A stretch of 62,084 bases of DNA, the filler included, from Choristocarpus tenellus KU-1152 (Eukaryota; Protista; Phaeophyceae): the NCBI GenBank assembly GCA_964200185.2. It is 11 parts of 11 records of this genome, joined end to end, with 100 filler letters (N's around TTAATTAATTAA, not from the genome) between each part and the next. Parts side by side here need not be neighbours in the genome. Positions count along the whole stretch, not along the records: positions 1 to 4,324 come from CAXNAD020015113.1; positions 4,425 to 7,187 come from CAXNAD020024956.1; positions 7,288 to 12,050 come from CAXNAD020013152.1; positions 12,151 to 18,073 come from CAXNAD020009406.1; 7 more parts are not named here. The stretch is one strand, 5' to 3'. A program made the position numbers and the translations under genes. The notes beneath the pieces were generated by a model, which saw nothing but the letters and a program-made list of their open reading frames with translations, made no database searches and was not told the origin of the DNA. Shown in pieces: positions 1 through 14,191 of the stretch (position 1 is its first letter; each line of letters starts with the position of its first letter).

Positions 1-451
1 GTTGGCGACCTTTTGGTTTATGGTACAGTTCATAGGAAGAAATGGGGTGGCCACTATCATCCCCCCCCCCCACCCCCCAAAGGCATCTCTCTGTCAACAG
101 AGCATGTCTCATTCAGTCTGAACTTTGTACCTACACAAGGAAGGTCTGCTGGCTGATCGTGTAGCACTCAAAACACAAAGATACTAGATTTGGGAGACAA
201 GATACTCCAGAGCTCACTCCAGAGCCCAAAGTCCTTTTTGCTGCAAGCCCCTGGCAACTTAACCCCTTCTCCATGGTCTTGGACAACGGATTTTTAATAT
301 AACTCTACTCTGATTCTCCCAGCATCCACTCAACACATGGAACATTGGGATGAGCACCTGTTGTTGCCAGTGTAATTAAAAAATATTAATCACTTCCACG
401 TCCTTGTTGTTCCTCCCTATACATCATCAACGCAATTATACACCCTACCAT

Positions 452-715
452 GAGTAAGAGTATCTTAGAGGGTACGAGTTTTCCCATGTCTGTTCGTTTG
501 GGGCTTGGCTTCCCACGTTTTTTTTTGTGACATTTTCCTACTCAGAAACATTTCGGAGTAGGAAAATTATATATGTCATGAAAAGTTGTGTCCAGAACAA
601 GGATATTAACACTTCCTAACAAACATGATAGCCAAAATCACATCAAAATTGCAACATTGGATTTTGGCCCCCGTTTGAGCTCGGCCATACCCTAACCCTA
701 GTATACTTTGGCTTC
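452..715 (-). mobile_element. MITE family A copy, degenerate right end
   Basis: Starts GAGTAAGAGTATCTTAGAGGGTAC; interior is the reverse complement of the copy at 1934-2194. Confidence 0.8.
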
Positions 716-862
716 ATTCCTGCAGTAGCCCTCCCTCATTTATCTCTTAGCCCCTGTCTCTCCTGGTCCTATATTTCCTCTCTTCCTCCCTCTCTTTTTT
801 ACTCTTTAGGTCCCTTTCTTGCATCCAATTGAATCTCTCCTTGTCCCCTGTCCTACTCATAC

Positions 863-1765
863 TTGAAGGAAACGTCGCTTGTCCATGACCAACACTCCGT
901 CAACAGCAAAGCCTGTACTTCGGGATGAGCGCCGATCAAGCAAAGTAATGTATCGGAGCGAGGAGATTGGTGCTACCACTACTGTCCCTTTGCCATTTCC
1001 AGATGCTAAGGTGGGTTCGAGGCAGTGAGGGTGGTAGCTGATGTGAAGGAAAGACAAGGGAGCCTGTAACACATGTCTAACAAAGGATCGGAAAAAGAAA
1101 AGTCAAGGGAGGGGGAAGGGGGGGGGGGAAAGAATCCGGAGAGGAATGACAGACTTGAGGGGGTGGGGACGGGGGTTAGTTGCAGGGAAAAATGCGTCCC
1201 ATTGGCTAAGTATGACATATTCAATTATTTTTGTTATTGTAAGCCTTGGTTCTTGCACAATATCTCCTATGTTCAACTTTCAGTTTTTTGTAAATCTTAC
1301 CGACCACCTAGCAACAGCACATGCATGAAATGCGGTTGAGACTAACAATACCCCACAGGACACTCGAAGTACTGCATCAGATTGCAGAAGAAATGAAGAA
1401 TGTTGACCCTGCATAGGATCGGCTGGTTTATGTCGAGGACCTTAGCCTTTGATGGAAGTATTGAGCTGTAACACAAGAGCCTAATAGAGTCCTTGACAAA
1501 ATATCAGTACCACTCCAATGCCTAGAATTATGTTGACCCACTCAAAGGTAGTAAAGTCTGGTACAAGAGGAGTGCTATTTTACCATCTTGCTTGTTTCAT
1601 CCTTGGATCATTGTCTGGACACCAATTCGATTTCCCTCCTGTGTCGTGCACAACTGAGAAAGAAAGATATAGATAAGAAGGAACATTTACTTGCGGTTGT
1701 GATACCATAAGGAAAACGACTGGAATAAGTTTTTTGAAGACAACGTGCTTTGTCTAACATTGCTG
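863..1765 (-). CDS. Probable multi-exon gene of unknown function (partial)
   Basis: Several AG..GT-bounded minus-strand segments (~1765-1691, 1633-1584, 1468-1410, 1064-863). The first three join in frame (MLDKARCLQKTYSSRFPYGITTAIVHDTGGKSNWCPDNDPRMKQARCSILPSK...). The phase into later exons is unresolved and no family was recognised. Confidence 0.35.
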
Positions 1766-1933
1766 AAAATGGGTTCCACATTCCACTGTTAAATTCAGGG
1801 TCAAATTAGATGAAGTGAAACTGCAGTAGATGCCCCATGTTGTAGTGTGCAGGCCTATTCAAATGAAAATATTTTATTTATATATAATGATGTTGGAAAA
1901 ATCTTTAACAGCATCATTTTTGTATCATCATTT

Positions 1934-2194
1934 GAGTCAAATTATCTTAGAGGGTAGAGCCGCGTCCATTTGGGGACTAAAATCCAATGTTGCGATTTTG
2001 ACGTAATTTTGGCTATTGTGTTTGTGAGGAAGTGTCAATATCCTTGTTCCAGACACACCTTTTCATAAACGTGTACATTTTACCCACTTCGAAACATATT
2101 GGAGTAGTTAAAATGTCATAAAAAACCCCGTGGGTAGCCAAGCTCCAAATGAACAAACAGGGCAAAATTCGTACCCTCAAAGATACTTTCACTC
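1934..2194 (+). mobile_element. MITE family A, full length (~260 bp)
   Basis: TIRs GAGTCAAATTATCTTAGAGGGTA ... TACCCTCAAAGATACTTTCACTC; flanks ATTT/TTTT; non-coding. Confidence 0.88.
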
Positions 2195-2685
2195 TTTTCC
2201 TAGTTGGAGTCCCTTACCAGGAGATCCTCAACGGAGACCTCATGCTTTGAAGTACACTGAAGAATATATACACTATCTTCTTCCCAACATTCAAGGTTGT
2301 GCTATGGAACACAACATACAGCTGTGTGTGTGTGTGCGTAACGCTTGTTAATTGATGCAACTGCAAGAAGTAACGCCAGATAAGTATGGTAACGATTTTG
2401 CACCTCTTTTCTTAGAGCCCCGTCGTCAGTGATACATAGTCCCAGTTACCTGTGCTACTCTTCGTGTATATGGTGACTGGGGTACATAGAAATGGGAGTG
2501 TTTATAGCTTCCCTATGATGTTCTTATCTTCGACTCACTGGCACAAAATAGGTTCAGCAGTAAGACAGGTTATAGGATCGGAGCATCATCCAACATTGCA
2601 CAGGAAGAGCTCCAAACCCTTGAGTGTAAAATTGAAATGTCTCGTAGGAAATGAACTTGAAAATTCCAACAATGAATCGAGTTAG

Positions 2686-3407
2686 GTGGGTACGTACTCA
2701 TGCCACGGTGTGGAGCCAAGCTACTATGAGGAGGAAGGGGTGACGGCCAAAATCAACCAGGATCGGGGCTGTGTGGTGTACCCTTTCAATGACGACGAGC
2801 ATCAAGCCTTCTTTTGCGTATTTGATGGTCAGTGCAGAATAGGGAGGATGTTATGAGTAATGTGTGAGCCTTACCCTTGTGTACAATACTGGTCTTGACT
2901 CTTGGGTCCAACCCTACAATTAATGCACATGTGCGGGTTGTGGTATGTACATTATTTGTGTGAGAAGTAGATGTAGATGATGGGCTTGAACCGTGCGCTG
3001 TCTAACTCTTTGAAGAGAGTGTTGAGTCGAAGTGGATTTTTTTTGGGCCCCTGCAAGGGCAGTAAGGCTTACTTACAGATGGAAGGGGATGTGCAGTCTT
3101 AGATGTTTCTATACCATTATTTTTTATTTGGTTTGGTACGGTGATGCTGTTTCAATGGCAAAGGAGAACGTGATACCTGGAGGGTTGTGTAATGATGCTC
3201 TTCATCCTTCTTAGCTGTCCAAATAGCAACATCAGACTGTGTTGCTTTTACTTGGCAGGCCATGGTGAGCATGGGGATATTGTGTCACATTTTGTCATGC
3301 ACGAGCTTCAATCTCGACTAGAAGCACACGCCGAGCTCATGACAGACACCATCAAAGCTCTAAGAGAGAGCTATTTGGCTGTGGACAAGGCACTCAAAGA
3401 ATCTAAG
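2686..3407 (+). CDS. Protein phosphatase 2C (PPM family), partial; exons 2686-2827 and 3259-3407, with a probable upstream exon ~2551-2623
   Basis: Spliced translation VGTYSCHGVEPSYYEEEGVTAKINQDRGCVVYPFNDDEHQAFFCVFD/GHGEHGDIVSHFV...AVDKALKESK contains the NQD and VFDGHG PP2C motifs; GT-AG intron in the correct phase. Confidence 0.9.
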
Positions 3408-3628
3408 GTAGGTGATCAACTGAAAATGCCATGGAGACTGGGGTTTGTTGTTTGTTGTCTGTTAGAATGTTTGATGCCAAAATGAAGCATCGATCTTGAG
3501 TGCATCTTGTATCCAAGGCAAGATATGAGTCCCCCCAAACATGTTCATTCTTACCCCAATATGCATTGCCTTGTTTACCGTCCCACATCACACTGAGGAC
3601 TAGAATAGATCGAAAGTTCTAGTCGATT

Positions 3629-3664
3629 GAAGGCTTTTTCGAAGGCTTTTTCGAAGGCTTTTTC
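3629..3664 (+). repeat. 12-bp tandem repeat GAAGGCTTTTTC x3
   Basis: Read directly. Confidence 0.85.
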
Positions 3665-4202
3665 GACCTCCCTGTCTGCATACTTTGAAGGTCGAACCAT
3701 ATATCTATGGTACAAATACTACTACTCCTATGCTCCTATAACTGATAGACAAGTGCTCCAGCAGCATGTGAGTCTTTGTGGGGAGGCTATGCAAAAGAGA
3801 GCTATTCCAATAGAGTCTTTGCTTTATGAGCACCGTTCACTAAACACATAAGACCCTATAGACTGCCTAGCCTATATTGCACAGAGGCAACCTGGACAAG
3901 GAGGAGATGAATGATCAATTTGTCGGTGCCAAGCACATGAGCACATAAGCACATATGCACATGTCGGTGTATCTATAGGGTTTTGCTTAAATTTGAAAAT
4001 ACACCAAGATGATCTCATTGGTTCGGTCACATCGCTTGTCCTACCTCTCATATTATTGTGTCCAACACCCACACAAGATGAGATCAGTACCAAAGACTAA
4101 GAAATTTTTGATATCAGAAATTTCCGTAACCTGCCTACATGACCCGGTTGATAACACATATTTGGGTAATATGGGTTAGGAATCTTGTTGGGGTACTGTT
4201 GA

Positions 4203-4324
4203 ACCCATACAGATTCAGGACCCATACAGATTCAGGACCCATACAGATTCAGGACCCATACAGATTCAGGACCCATACAGATTCAGGACCCATACAGATT
4301 CAGGACCCATACAGATTCAGGACC
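4203..4324 (+). repeat. Perfect 17-bp minisatellite ACCCATACAGATTCAGG, ~7 copies, running into the contig end
   Basis: Identical adjacent units with no spacers. Confidence 0.95.
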
Positions 4325-4424
4325 NNNNNNNNNNNNNNNNNNNNNNNNNNNNNNNNNNNNNNNNNNNNTTAATTAATTAANNNNNNNNNNNNNNNNNNNN
4401 NNNNNNNNNNNNNNNNNNNNNNNN
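4325..4424. other. Artificial contig spacer (N44 + TTAATTAATTAA + N44). Same spacer at 7188-7287, 12051-12150, 18074-18173, 21058-21157, 25018-25117, 36925-37024, 41711-41810, 49755-49854, 53878-53977
   Basis: Ten identical 100-bp blocks whose palindromic core has stops in all six frames. Confidence 0.98.
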
Positions 4425-7400
4425 CCCCCCAGATTCTTTCCCCCCCGCCACATAGTATGATCCGACACAGAACTATGACTGCATAGGAGAGGCTGCTGGT
4501 TTGGTTGGTGTGCTGTGTTTGTTGTAGAGCACATTGTTGTGGACTGTTCTGTATTTTTGTTGTTATTACCAAAGCAGACTGGACAGGGAAGCGTGAGTTG
4601 GTGAAAGGGGAACTGTAGTTTGCAATGAACTGTAGGAGATGGCAAAGAAGTTTGGCAAGTTGGGAGCTCTGATTGGAATTGGAAGGAAAAACTTCATTTT
4701 TGTAGACGGTCTCTCACTGTGATTCTGTATTTTCTACTCAGAACAGGATGGTAGTGTGTGTAACCATGCGTAAGTAATGTTCGAATATACTCAAGCTAGA
4801 GTATTTGTAAGATGATTTAATACAACTCTGCTGATTTGGGATTGGGCAGGTGTTGGTCTGAACTTTGTTGAGATATTAACTGAGTTTTACTGTTTATAAA
4901 GGAGGGTGGGACTTCTGTCTTTCTTTCTTTGTGTCATCCTTTTTTAAAGACTGTTTGCATTTTTTTTTGTAATGAGACTGAGGGAGGGCTTGTGTGTCTT
5001 AGAGGTGCCTGCGCTATGGTGGGTGTGATGTTTTTACAATCACCATGGTGACTGATTTCCTTTTCCCCTTGATTGTTGAGAGATTTATGTGGAAAATGTA
5101 TGAGTGATCTGTCAACTTAAGTCCTGTCATTCATAGATCAGAAATACTAGAACAGCATGCTTGTTGACAGTGGGATTTGGTCCGCTGTCATACATGTTAT
5201 TACACTTAGTTCGTATGCGGTAGTACTGGTTAGTAGGTACTTGGAGGTCTAGCATCACAAACTCTGTCAAGTATTTGTGTTTTTGGGGGTATTGTGGTAG
5301 AGTATTGAAGGAAGAAGTCAGTGCGGTGGATGTGCCGATTGGCTGACTGATACATCTTTCTCATGTTCAAAAGGTTTTTCGGTGTCCTGTTATTGTATTG
5401 TATTTTGAAGGAAGAGTTCATTGCTTCCAGCGGCTGGCTTCATCTAGGCGGGCTTGTGTAGTTCAGTGTTATGAATGGCAGATGTTGCTCACACAGTTGA
5501 AGGGAGATGCTTAATTTTTTTCTCGTGTCTTGCAGTTCTTGTGGTTGCAGCTGTTCTTTGTCTTTTTAGTTTCAGTAGTTTGTTTACTTTCTGTTGCTTT
5601 GCTCTAAACGATATAGGATGACTCTGGAGTTGATATTATCCTTTTTCGGTTGTGTGCATCCTGTTTGCTGTAGGTGAGCGAGGTAGGATCAATCGTACCA
5701 GGTCTTGCTTTGCTCTCAGCTTGGAGGCAGGTGGTTTGTGGTCGGATTCTTAGCCACACTTAGCCAACGCATCAGTGGAGTCTGTTGCTTGATGTTACCA
5801 GTTTATCAATCAATATAAATAAGAGGGTTTTAGTCCTTGTGCTTTGTGTGTGCTGACTCGTTTAAGCAGATCAAGCAGTGGATCCAGGCTCCCCCTGCGG
5901 TTTTACCACTTTTCTGATCTGTGTTGTCAGTGCTGTGACTGTGCATGCGACTACATACATCCCAGGAATAACACAATCATTTTCGTGTTGTAGGGTAGTT
6001 CGACTATCCTATTCCTACAAGAAAAATAATTTATTTTGTTCCGCGTTGAAATGATATGTGCTTGTGTTCACAGTAGTAATTCCTTACTATTATGAGTGTT
6101 GTATATAATATTAGTTGTTCAAGCTTGAGTGCAAACACTGTTACATGTATTGTGTGATATATATGTGATATGTAGTGTACACATGCATCTGTCTGGCTGG
6201 CTGGTCCAGTTTGATAATTAAGAATAGTCTTGGTAGACACGTTGTTGGGGCAACAGCATGGTTTGAGTTGGAAAGGGATCATCCGGACAATTGTTTGGAA
6301 GATGTATGTTACATGAAGAAGTGACAGGGGAAAGTAAGTGCTCGAGAGGTAAGGACCATAAGAAGAGTAGTACCAATGTGGCACATCGCCTGGGTTGATT
6401 TTGAGCTGTCGATCCTATCATCTTAACAATATTCTGCATCCAACTATCGCTCACTACAATAATAGCACTGTATGTATGAAGAGTTGTTGTGCATGTGCCG
6501 TAAGCTCAGTCTTTGGAGGTAGGTATAGTTTCGACTTTTAAAAAGGGATTTGGTACAACAAACTAGTATGTACCTGTAATTATGGAGGGGAGGGAAGAAG
6601 ATTTTGAAATCCCACATGGACCGTTTTGGGGTGGAATAGATAACAACTGTGTTTTATTTTTTTGCGTGTACAGTAGTAGTCACCCCCAAAAACGAAATCG
6701 GGTAGTAAATAATTGAGTAGTATCGTTGTCTGGTACAGTATCGCAGAACGGTGAGTGCGTTTCGTCCTCAAAAATCCACCAGTTGAATTAGTTTTTGATT
6801 CGTATACAAGGGTAGGAGTATAGTAGTAACAGTAGTAGTAGGGGATTGTGAAGATCTCAAATGATCACACTGGCGGGAGGGTGTAGGTGACATCATGATT
6901 GATGTTGTATTTGTAGTAATGGATATTAATAGTATAGTTCATAAGTACACCAATGTTGTAGGTACCAGAAATTCTTCTAGAATTGATCTATTTTATCTGT
7001 CCCTTTCCAAGAAACATTTCAACCACACATTTTTATGTTGTTTGACATTTTTCATATATTTCACAGAAAAATTCAAACCTATATCACAAGATCCCTGTAA
7101 AAATAGCAGAATTTTTTTAATGTAAACGACATCTTGTGGAAAGCATGGTTGCCTGTTATTATACCGTTATTGCCGTATGCCATATACNNNNNNNNNNNNN
7201 NNNNNNNNNNNNNNNNNNNNNNNNNNNNNNNTTAATTAATTAANNNNNNNNNNNNNNNNNNNNNNNNNNNNNNNNNNNNNNNNNNNNGGGGGGGGAAGCA
7301 AGGTATGGAGATCGCACGCTGTAAATGGAGTGCAAGGAGACCACACAATAAACAGACAAGTGCAACGCAGTGCAAATAGATACACAGACAGGATTTGGTT

Positions 7401-7488
7401 TTCCAGTGTATTCAGTGGCTTGAGTAAGTGTATAAAGAGAAGATACTCCAACACCTATCAGTAAACTAATCCTATAAGTCATATTCTA

Positions 7489-8702
<1,214 letters not shown>

Positions 8703-8870
8703 GTTCTACAAATATTAGCGTGGTGCTGTACCTCTTTCTCGTTTGTGTGTTGATTGGTGTTGGGGATTACATACTCTTGTACAGGCGTTTGTGTGTTCAT
8801 TCACCACAACAATAGCAAATGTTAATTCGGGGTGTGTGACGAAACAACCGTCAACAACCAACACGGGAGA

Positions 8871-10684
8871 ATGAAGTCTATCCTTAAGCTGCTCTTCCTT
8901 GTAGGCTCATCGAAAGCCTTCTCGCTTGCTCCGAGGTTCGTAAGAGGTAGAATATACAGGCTGACGACAAGTATTTGCACATACACAATTGAAGTTGATC
9001 AAACGTCAAACCCCCCCATCCCTCCAAATCCCTGTGCTTGTCGGCAGGATGTACGCAGGTACATTTGTAAGTCGGTTTGGTACCGTAGCGACGTTTAGTG
9101 CCATAACTGGAGGGAGAACTGTTACACGAGCAGCCACCATGTTGCCTGGTCAGCGGGCAGTGCACATCGTTCGTGGAGGGTGCGTGGATTGACGCCGATT
9201 GCACCCTGGGAAATGGTGAACAAGACTTTCTAAGCTCACCTATGTTATTCTTACCTTGTCTTTCGATTATTTCTCAATACCATTGCTTGCAAGGTCGATG
9301 TCTGCAGGGGAATTCATCAACGAGACCGTGGAGAGCAGCAATGTGGCGGTGTTCTCGAAGTCCTATTGCCCGTGAGTGAACCTTGCATTCAATACATTGA
9401 GCGTACTTCACGTCAAAATCTGCACTCCGCAGATTAGAAACGGATCTTCACGGTAAAATTGGCTTCATCACCCCACATATGCTTTTGAACCGTTGAGCCC
9501 AAAATTCACCTCGTTCCTTGGTGGCACGATTCCTAAACCCCTAGGTTCTGTGCCAAGACCAAGGCGCTCTTCAGTAGCTTGGATGTGGAGTTCACAGTTG
9601 TGGAACTTGACCAGCGGGGTGAGTGTTCGTGAGTTGTCATGTATTTACAACACGCGAACGAGGGCCGGCAATTGCTCCGGTTGGCTGGTCAAGATTGATG
9701 TGTTAGAACCGTACTACTGCAGAAATTTTTGAAAAGAACACTCACCACTTTCAACGCGGGTCATTTAGCCCAAAAGCCACCACTGTTGACTACGTCAGAG
9801 GTATGACTGTGCCCCCTTACCTCCTCCCAACATGTTTGTGCCGCACAACCTGGGATTTGAATGGAATGATTATGGTAGATGATGGTGCTGAGATCCAGGC
9901 TGCCTTAGCAGACAAAACGGGTCAGGTGAGATTATTGGAACATCTTCATTTTTTGAAACGTTTGAAGTTAAGTGCAGACGTATTCATGAATGGAGGGTTA
10001 TATTGTGACCGAGCTATACCTGTTGAACCAAATTTGACTCTTGTTGGACAAACTTCCGTTTCGGTTCAGCTGAAATGATTTTTCAAGTAAAATCGTGGTT
10101 CACCATGCTTCTTGCCCATGTTGTCATATCACTGTGTACTTATTCTCTACTTAGGTGAGTCTAATTGTTGTAGACCAATGCTGCCACATACAGTGTATTC
10201 ACATTACGTACCGTATCTTTTTTGCGTAGGTAGTGTTTTGCTCCCATGTTATTTGATTTCGCCTGATGTGCCTTCCTCGGGTTGTCACTGCTCATGCACG
10301 AATGCATTGTGGACGTTGATGCCCAGTCATTAGTAAAACTTATACTAAAGTTGGTTTGATTCAACAGGGCCTACACAGATTTGAGAGTGGGTCTGAAGAA
10401 TATTTGCAACTAGAGAAATGTTGGTCACTCACATTGCACTGGATGTTGTCCCTTAGCACTCCTCTTTACACTGCCATTATAATACCAGAGTGTGTTCCTT
10501 CCCAAGATTTTCTTCAGATTCTGATGCGCTGTTCCCTGTTACCCCTTGCTTTAACCTTCTCCCCCAGCGTACTGTCCCCAATGTCTTTGTCAAAGGCACA
10601 CACGTTGGTGGAAATTCTGATGTTCAAGCTGCGAACACTAGTGGTGATCTTTCGCGCCTTCTGGGGGGTGAGAAAGACCTGTAA
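8871..10684 (+). CDS. Class I dithiol glutaredoxin (CPFC), probably plastid-targeted. Exons 8871-8935, 9048-9179, 9294-9371, 9545-9618, 9879-9925, 10568-10684
   Basis: Spliced: MKSILKLLFLVGSSKA-FSLAPR...VAVFSKSYCP/FCAKTKALF..VVELDQR/DDGAEIQAALADKTGQ/RTVPNVFVKGTHVGGNSD..*. Shows the CPFC, TVP and GG motifs and a signal peptide followed by Phe. Confidence 0.95.
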
Positions 10685-11978
10685 CTTGCCATGAGGGGGG
10701 AAAGACTTCCACCAAATGGTTACCAATTGTGTTGTGATGGCACTGCTCTAAAGGGTAGCTATGCGGTTGGTCTGATCTTCAAATGTCCTCCCATTGTCAA
10801 GCCATGCCATCTTTAGTGTGATTTGTGGTGCCATGTTCCTCCCATGGGGTTTGTGTGCCCTCTGATGAGGCGTTGTTGTGATGGGTTGTCTTAGTGCATG
10901 TTGGACTTTGAATGTGGAACGGACAGATTGTATCAAGAACTTGTACATGTTGGCAAGGGCCTTGGAGTGTAGCGTTGCAGATTTCATTTTCTGGAGGTTT
11001 AAGATATTTAAAGTTACAAGCAACATCTCAAGGCTGCATAAGGACTTCAACAAATCTCCCGGGTTTAATGTGTTTCTGAAGGTGGCTGTTAGCCTCGCCT
11101 TGTCCACCAATGCTTTTACCTGCCTGTACCTTTCCAATCTGTGTATGGGGAATTTAAAATGAACTAGTTCAATGAGATGCACCCACCTACTCCTGTCTGT
11201 TACACCTGCAATGGGATGATTCTGATGTAGTTCTTCTCCATGTCCTGTTCAGCAATCTGGAAACTTTTTTAGTTCACTGCTGTAGATGAAGTACCACTCT
11301 GAACATTTATGCTATTTGGCGTCAATTTGGTGTTGACTATTTTGACATGCTGTCAGAAGTACTGCTACCTGCGCTACCTTTGTACATGCCTTACTTGTCT
11401 TGTAGAGCTAACTGATACTTTTGTCCTGGGTTGGATGAACAATCCCCATGCATGTAAGGGCCATGTTTGGCATACGCTATGGAGCACTGGATGTTTTGAG
11501 CCCTAGCACTTTTCTAATTTCCTGTAACTGCATTTAGTCAATAATATATCCAGGAGCCCATTCATCAGGTTCAGGGTCACTGTGATAAAGTTACAACCCC
11601 CCTCCTAGAAAAAATCTGACCTTACCCTGTATTCTCTAATGACACTGGAGGAACAGAATTTAGCACTCTCTGTTAGGTTAGTTAACCCAAGAAACCTCAA
11701 TTCAGACCCACGTCAAACAAAATCTTACACCATTTTTCTCAAGTAAGATTTTGGGACCAGACTATTCCTGCTCAGGTGCTGAGAACCTTGTGAGCATTTT
11801 TTTAACCTCATGTTCCCACCAAATTTGGGGATTGCAATTCTATATCAACACAAATGGCGAAATTGCGATGACCAACTATATGCAACCACATGTGTTCTTG
11901 GGGTAGACGTTGTATTTTCCTTCTGTGGCCATTTTTTTACGAGGTGTCAGTCAGATGCAACAACCGGTCCTGGCAATC

Positions 11979-12050
11979 GAGTGAAACTATCTTAGAGGGT
12001 ACGAATTTTTCCCTGTTTGTCCATTTGGGGCTTGGCTTCCCATGGGTTCT
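11979..12050 (-). mobile_element. MITE family A end, truncated by contig end
   Basis: GAGTGAAACTATCTTAGAGGGTACGAATTTT..., same as the start of the copy at 29571. Confidence 0.85.
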
Positions 12051-12387
12051 NNNNNNNNNNNNNNNNNNNNNNNNNNNNNNNNNNNNNNNNNNNNTTAATT
12101 AATTAANNNNNNNNNNNNNNNNNNNNNNNNNNNNNNNNNNNNNNNNNNNNAGGCGTGTGATGTCAATTAGAACTACAAAAAAAAAACACAACTCAGGTTC
12201 CATCTTCATACCATGTCCATCTCATACCATCACATCACATCACATCACATGCCATTACAACAATCCAGTCAGGTAAGTACATTTCATGCAGAGTACAAGT
12301 GGGGCAACGCCTTCCCACACACTTCACCACAAAACCTTAACCCTAACACAACCATGAATCACACGGGGATTTTCCTGAACACCTCGA

Positions 12388-12655
12388 AGGCGTTAAAAAC
12401 ACATACAACATAAAAGATAGATAAATGAGATTAAAAGTGTTAAAAACACATACAACATAATGGATTAAAAGCGTTAAAAACACATACAACATAATAGATG
12501 GATAAATGATATTAAAAGTGTTAAAAACACATACAACATAATAGATAGATAAATGAGATTTAAAGTGTTAAAAACACATACAACATAATAGATAGATTAA
12601 AAGCGTTAAAAACACAATACAACATAATAGATGGATAAATGATATTAAAAGCAAA
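12388..12655 (+). repeat. Degenerate AT-rich minisatellite (core GTTAAAAACACATACAACATAA, ~34-47 bp period, ~6 copies)
   Basis: Core recurs at about 12392, 12439, 12473, 12520, 12567, 12605. Confidence 0.88.
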
Positions 12656-13017
12656 TAAATCCAAAAATATCAAGAGGGTGTTGTACAGTATGAGAATGTA
12701 CTGATTGTATCATATAATGTATTGATTTTACCATATGCAACTCAAAACCAATCACACAAGTACCTTCAGAGGAAGAGACACACACACACAGAGAGAGAGG
12801 TCTCATCCAACCAAGCACACAACCTGCAAAGAAGTAAGAAGTGTCACAAAGAATATTCCATCTCTACAAAAACTAGTACTACCCAGAAGAACCTTCTTGT
12901 GACAAACACTGACAGAACACTTCCTCCACCTCCTGATAGAAAATGTGCTGAACAATTGAGATACATATAATAGCAAAAATAAAAATAATACTATTAGTAA
13001 TGGTATAGTGCTAATAG

Positions 13018-13300
13018 TAGTAATAATAACCACTATTATTATTGCTATTAAGTAAATAGTAATACTACCAACTAGTGTCATTATTGCTTATAAGAGAATA
13101 GTAATAATAACCACTATTATTATTGCTTATAAGAGAATAGTAATAATAACCACTATTATTATTGCTATTAAGAGAATAGTAAAAATAACCACTATTATTA
13201 TTGCTTATAAGAAAATAGTAATAATAACCACTATTATTATTGCTATTAAGAGAATAGTAATAATAACCACTATTATTATTGCTATTAAGAGAATAGTAAT
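13018..13300 (+). repeat. 39-bp minisatellite TAATAATAACCACTATTATTATTGCTATTAAGAGAATAG, ~7 copies
   Basis: Read directly; gives the 13-aa periodicity in the ORF track. Confidence 0.92.
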
Positions 13301-13480
13301 AGCACCAATGACAACAAAAATATGCTGAATAATAGATATAGATCATAATAATGATATAGATCATAATAATAATCACAATAACATGCCGAACAATTGAGCA
13401 TCTTCTGTGACAAAAATACATGCATCACGCCTATCTATATATTTTATTTTTACAACACCATTGAATACATCCAATCCAAC

Positions 13481-13652
13481 CATTACTACTACTATTACTA
13501 CTATTACTACTACTACTATTGATATTACCATTACTACTATTACTACTATTACTACTGCTATTACTACTATTACTATTACTATTATTACTACTACTATTGC
13601 TATTGCTATTGCTATTGCTATTGCTATTACTACTACTATTAGCACTACTATT
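13481..13652 (+). repeat. Compound microsatellite (ACT/ATT/GCTATT)n
   Basis: Read directly. Confidence 0.92.
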
Positions 13653-14191
13653 ATCACCCTACAACAGCAAAAAACATGTGCAAGACTATTTTTTAGATAG
13701 CACAACCTTCTGACCCTGACCCTAAACCTAACCCTAAACCTATCAGAAATTATATTTTTGTTATAGAGTTTTTTTTCGTGTCCTAACAATTGCAGGGAGA
13801 GTTCTTCAAATAAAAAATACCCAACCGTGTTTGCTTTTTAAAATCAGATTACACAATCCAACCATCATCATGTATCATGCCACTTGCTCCACTGCTAATG
13901 ACTGCTGCCTCTCAAACCACAATCATGATATCAATAATAATAACCTTATATAGAACCCACAAGGAACAGTGAATAAGGTCAGGATATAGCGAATAAGGTC
14001 AGGATATAGTGAATGTCTGATACCATTTCTTGACGAGTATATCCTGACACTTAAACTGTTCCAACTGATGCTGAACAGAGGAAGAAGCTAATATATATAT
14101 ATATACATATATATATGTATGTATGTATATACTGCAAACCTGTCAGGGCAATAACAAATACCCTCCGGTCCAAGAAATTTCTACACATTTT

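Noticed and set aside
4203-4324. Possible CRISPR array
   Set aside because: Units are directly adjacent with no unique spacers, there are no cas genes, and the context is eukaryotic; it is a minisatellite
4369-4380. Recurrent palindrome TTAATTAATTAA as a biological motif
   Set aside because: Always centred in N runs of identical length; artificial linker
4425-7187. Possible decayed retroelement (strong strand bias); similarly 25118-26900
   Set aside because: No RT, RNase H or integrase motif could be read in any frame
10748-11182. 144-aa minus-strand ORF
   Set aside because: No recognisable motif and it overlaps the expected glutaredoxin 3'UTR; not supportable as a gene
13710-13741. Telomere-like CCCTAA/CCCTGA units (also ~690 and ~23831)
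   Set aside because: Only 2-5 degenerate interstitial units; not a chromosome end
13065-13789. Poly-Leu, Thr/Ile-rich and YYYYSLNSNNNSG ORFs
   Set aside because: These are translations of micro- and minisatellites
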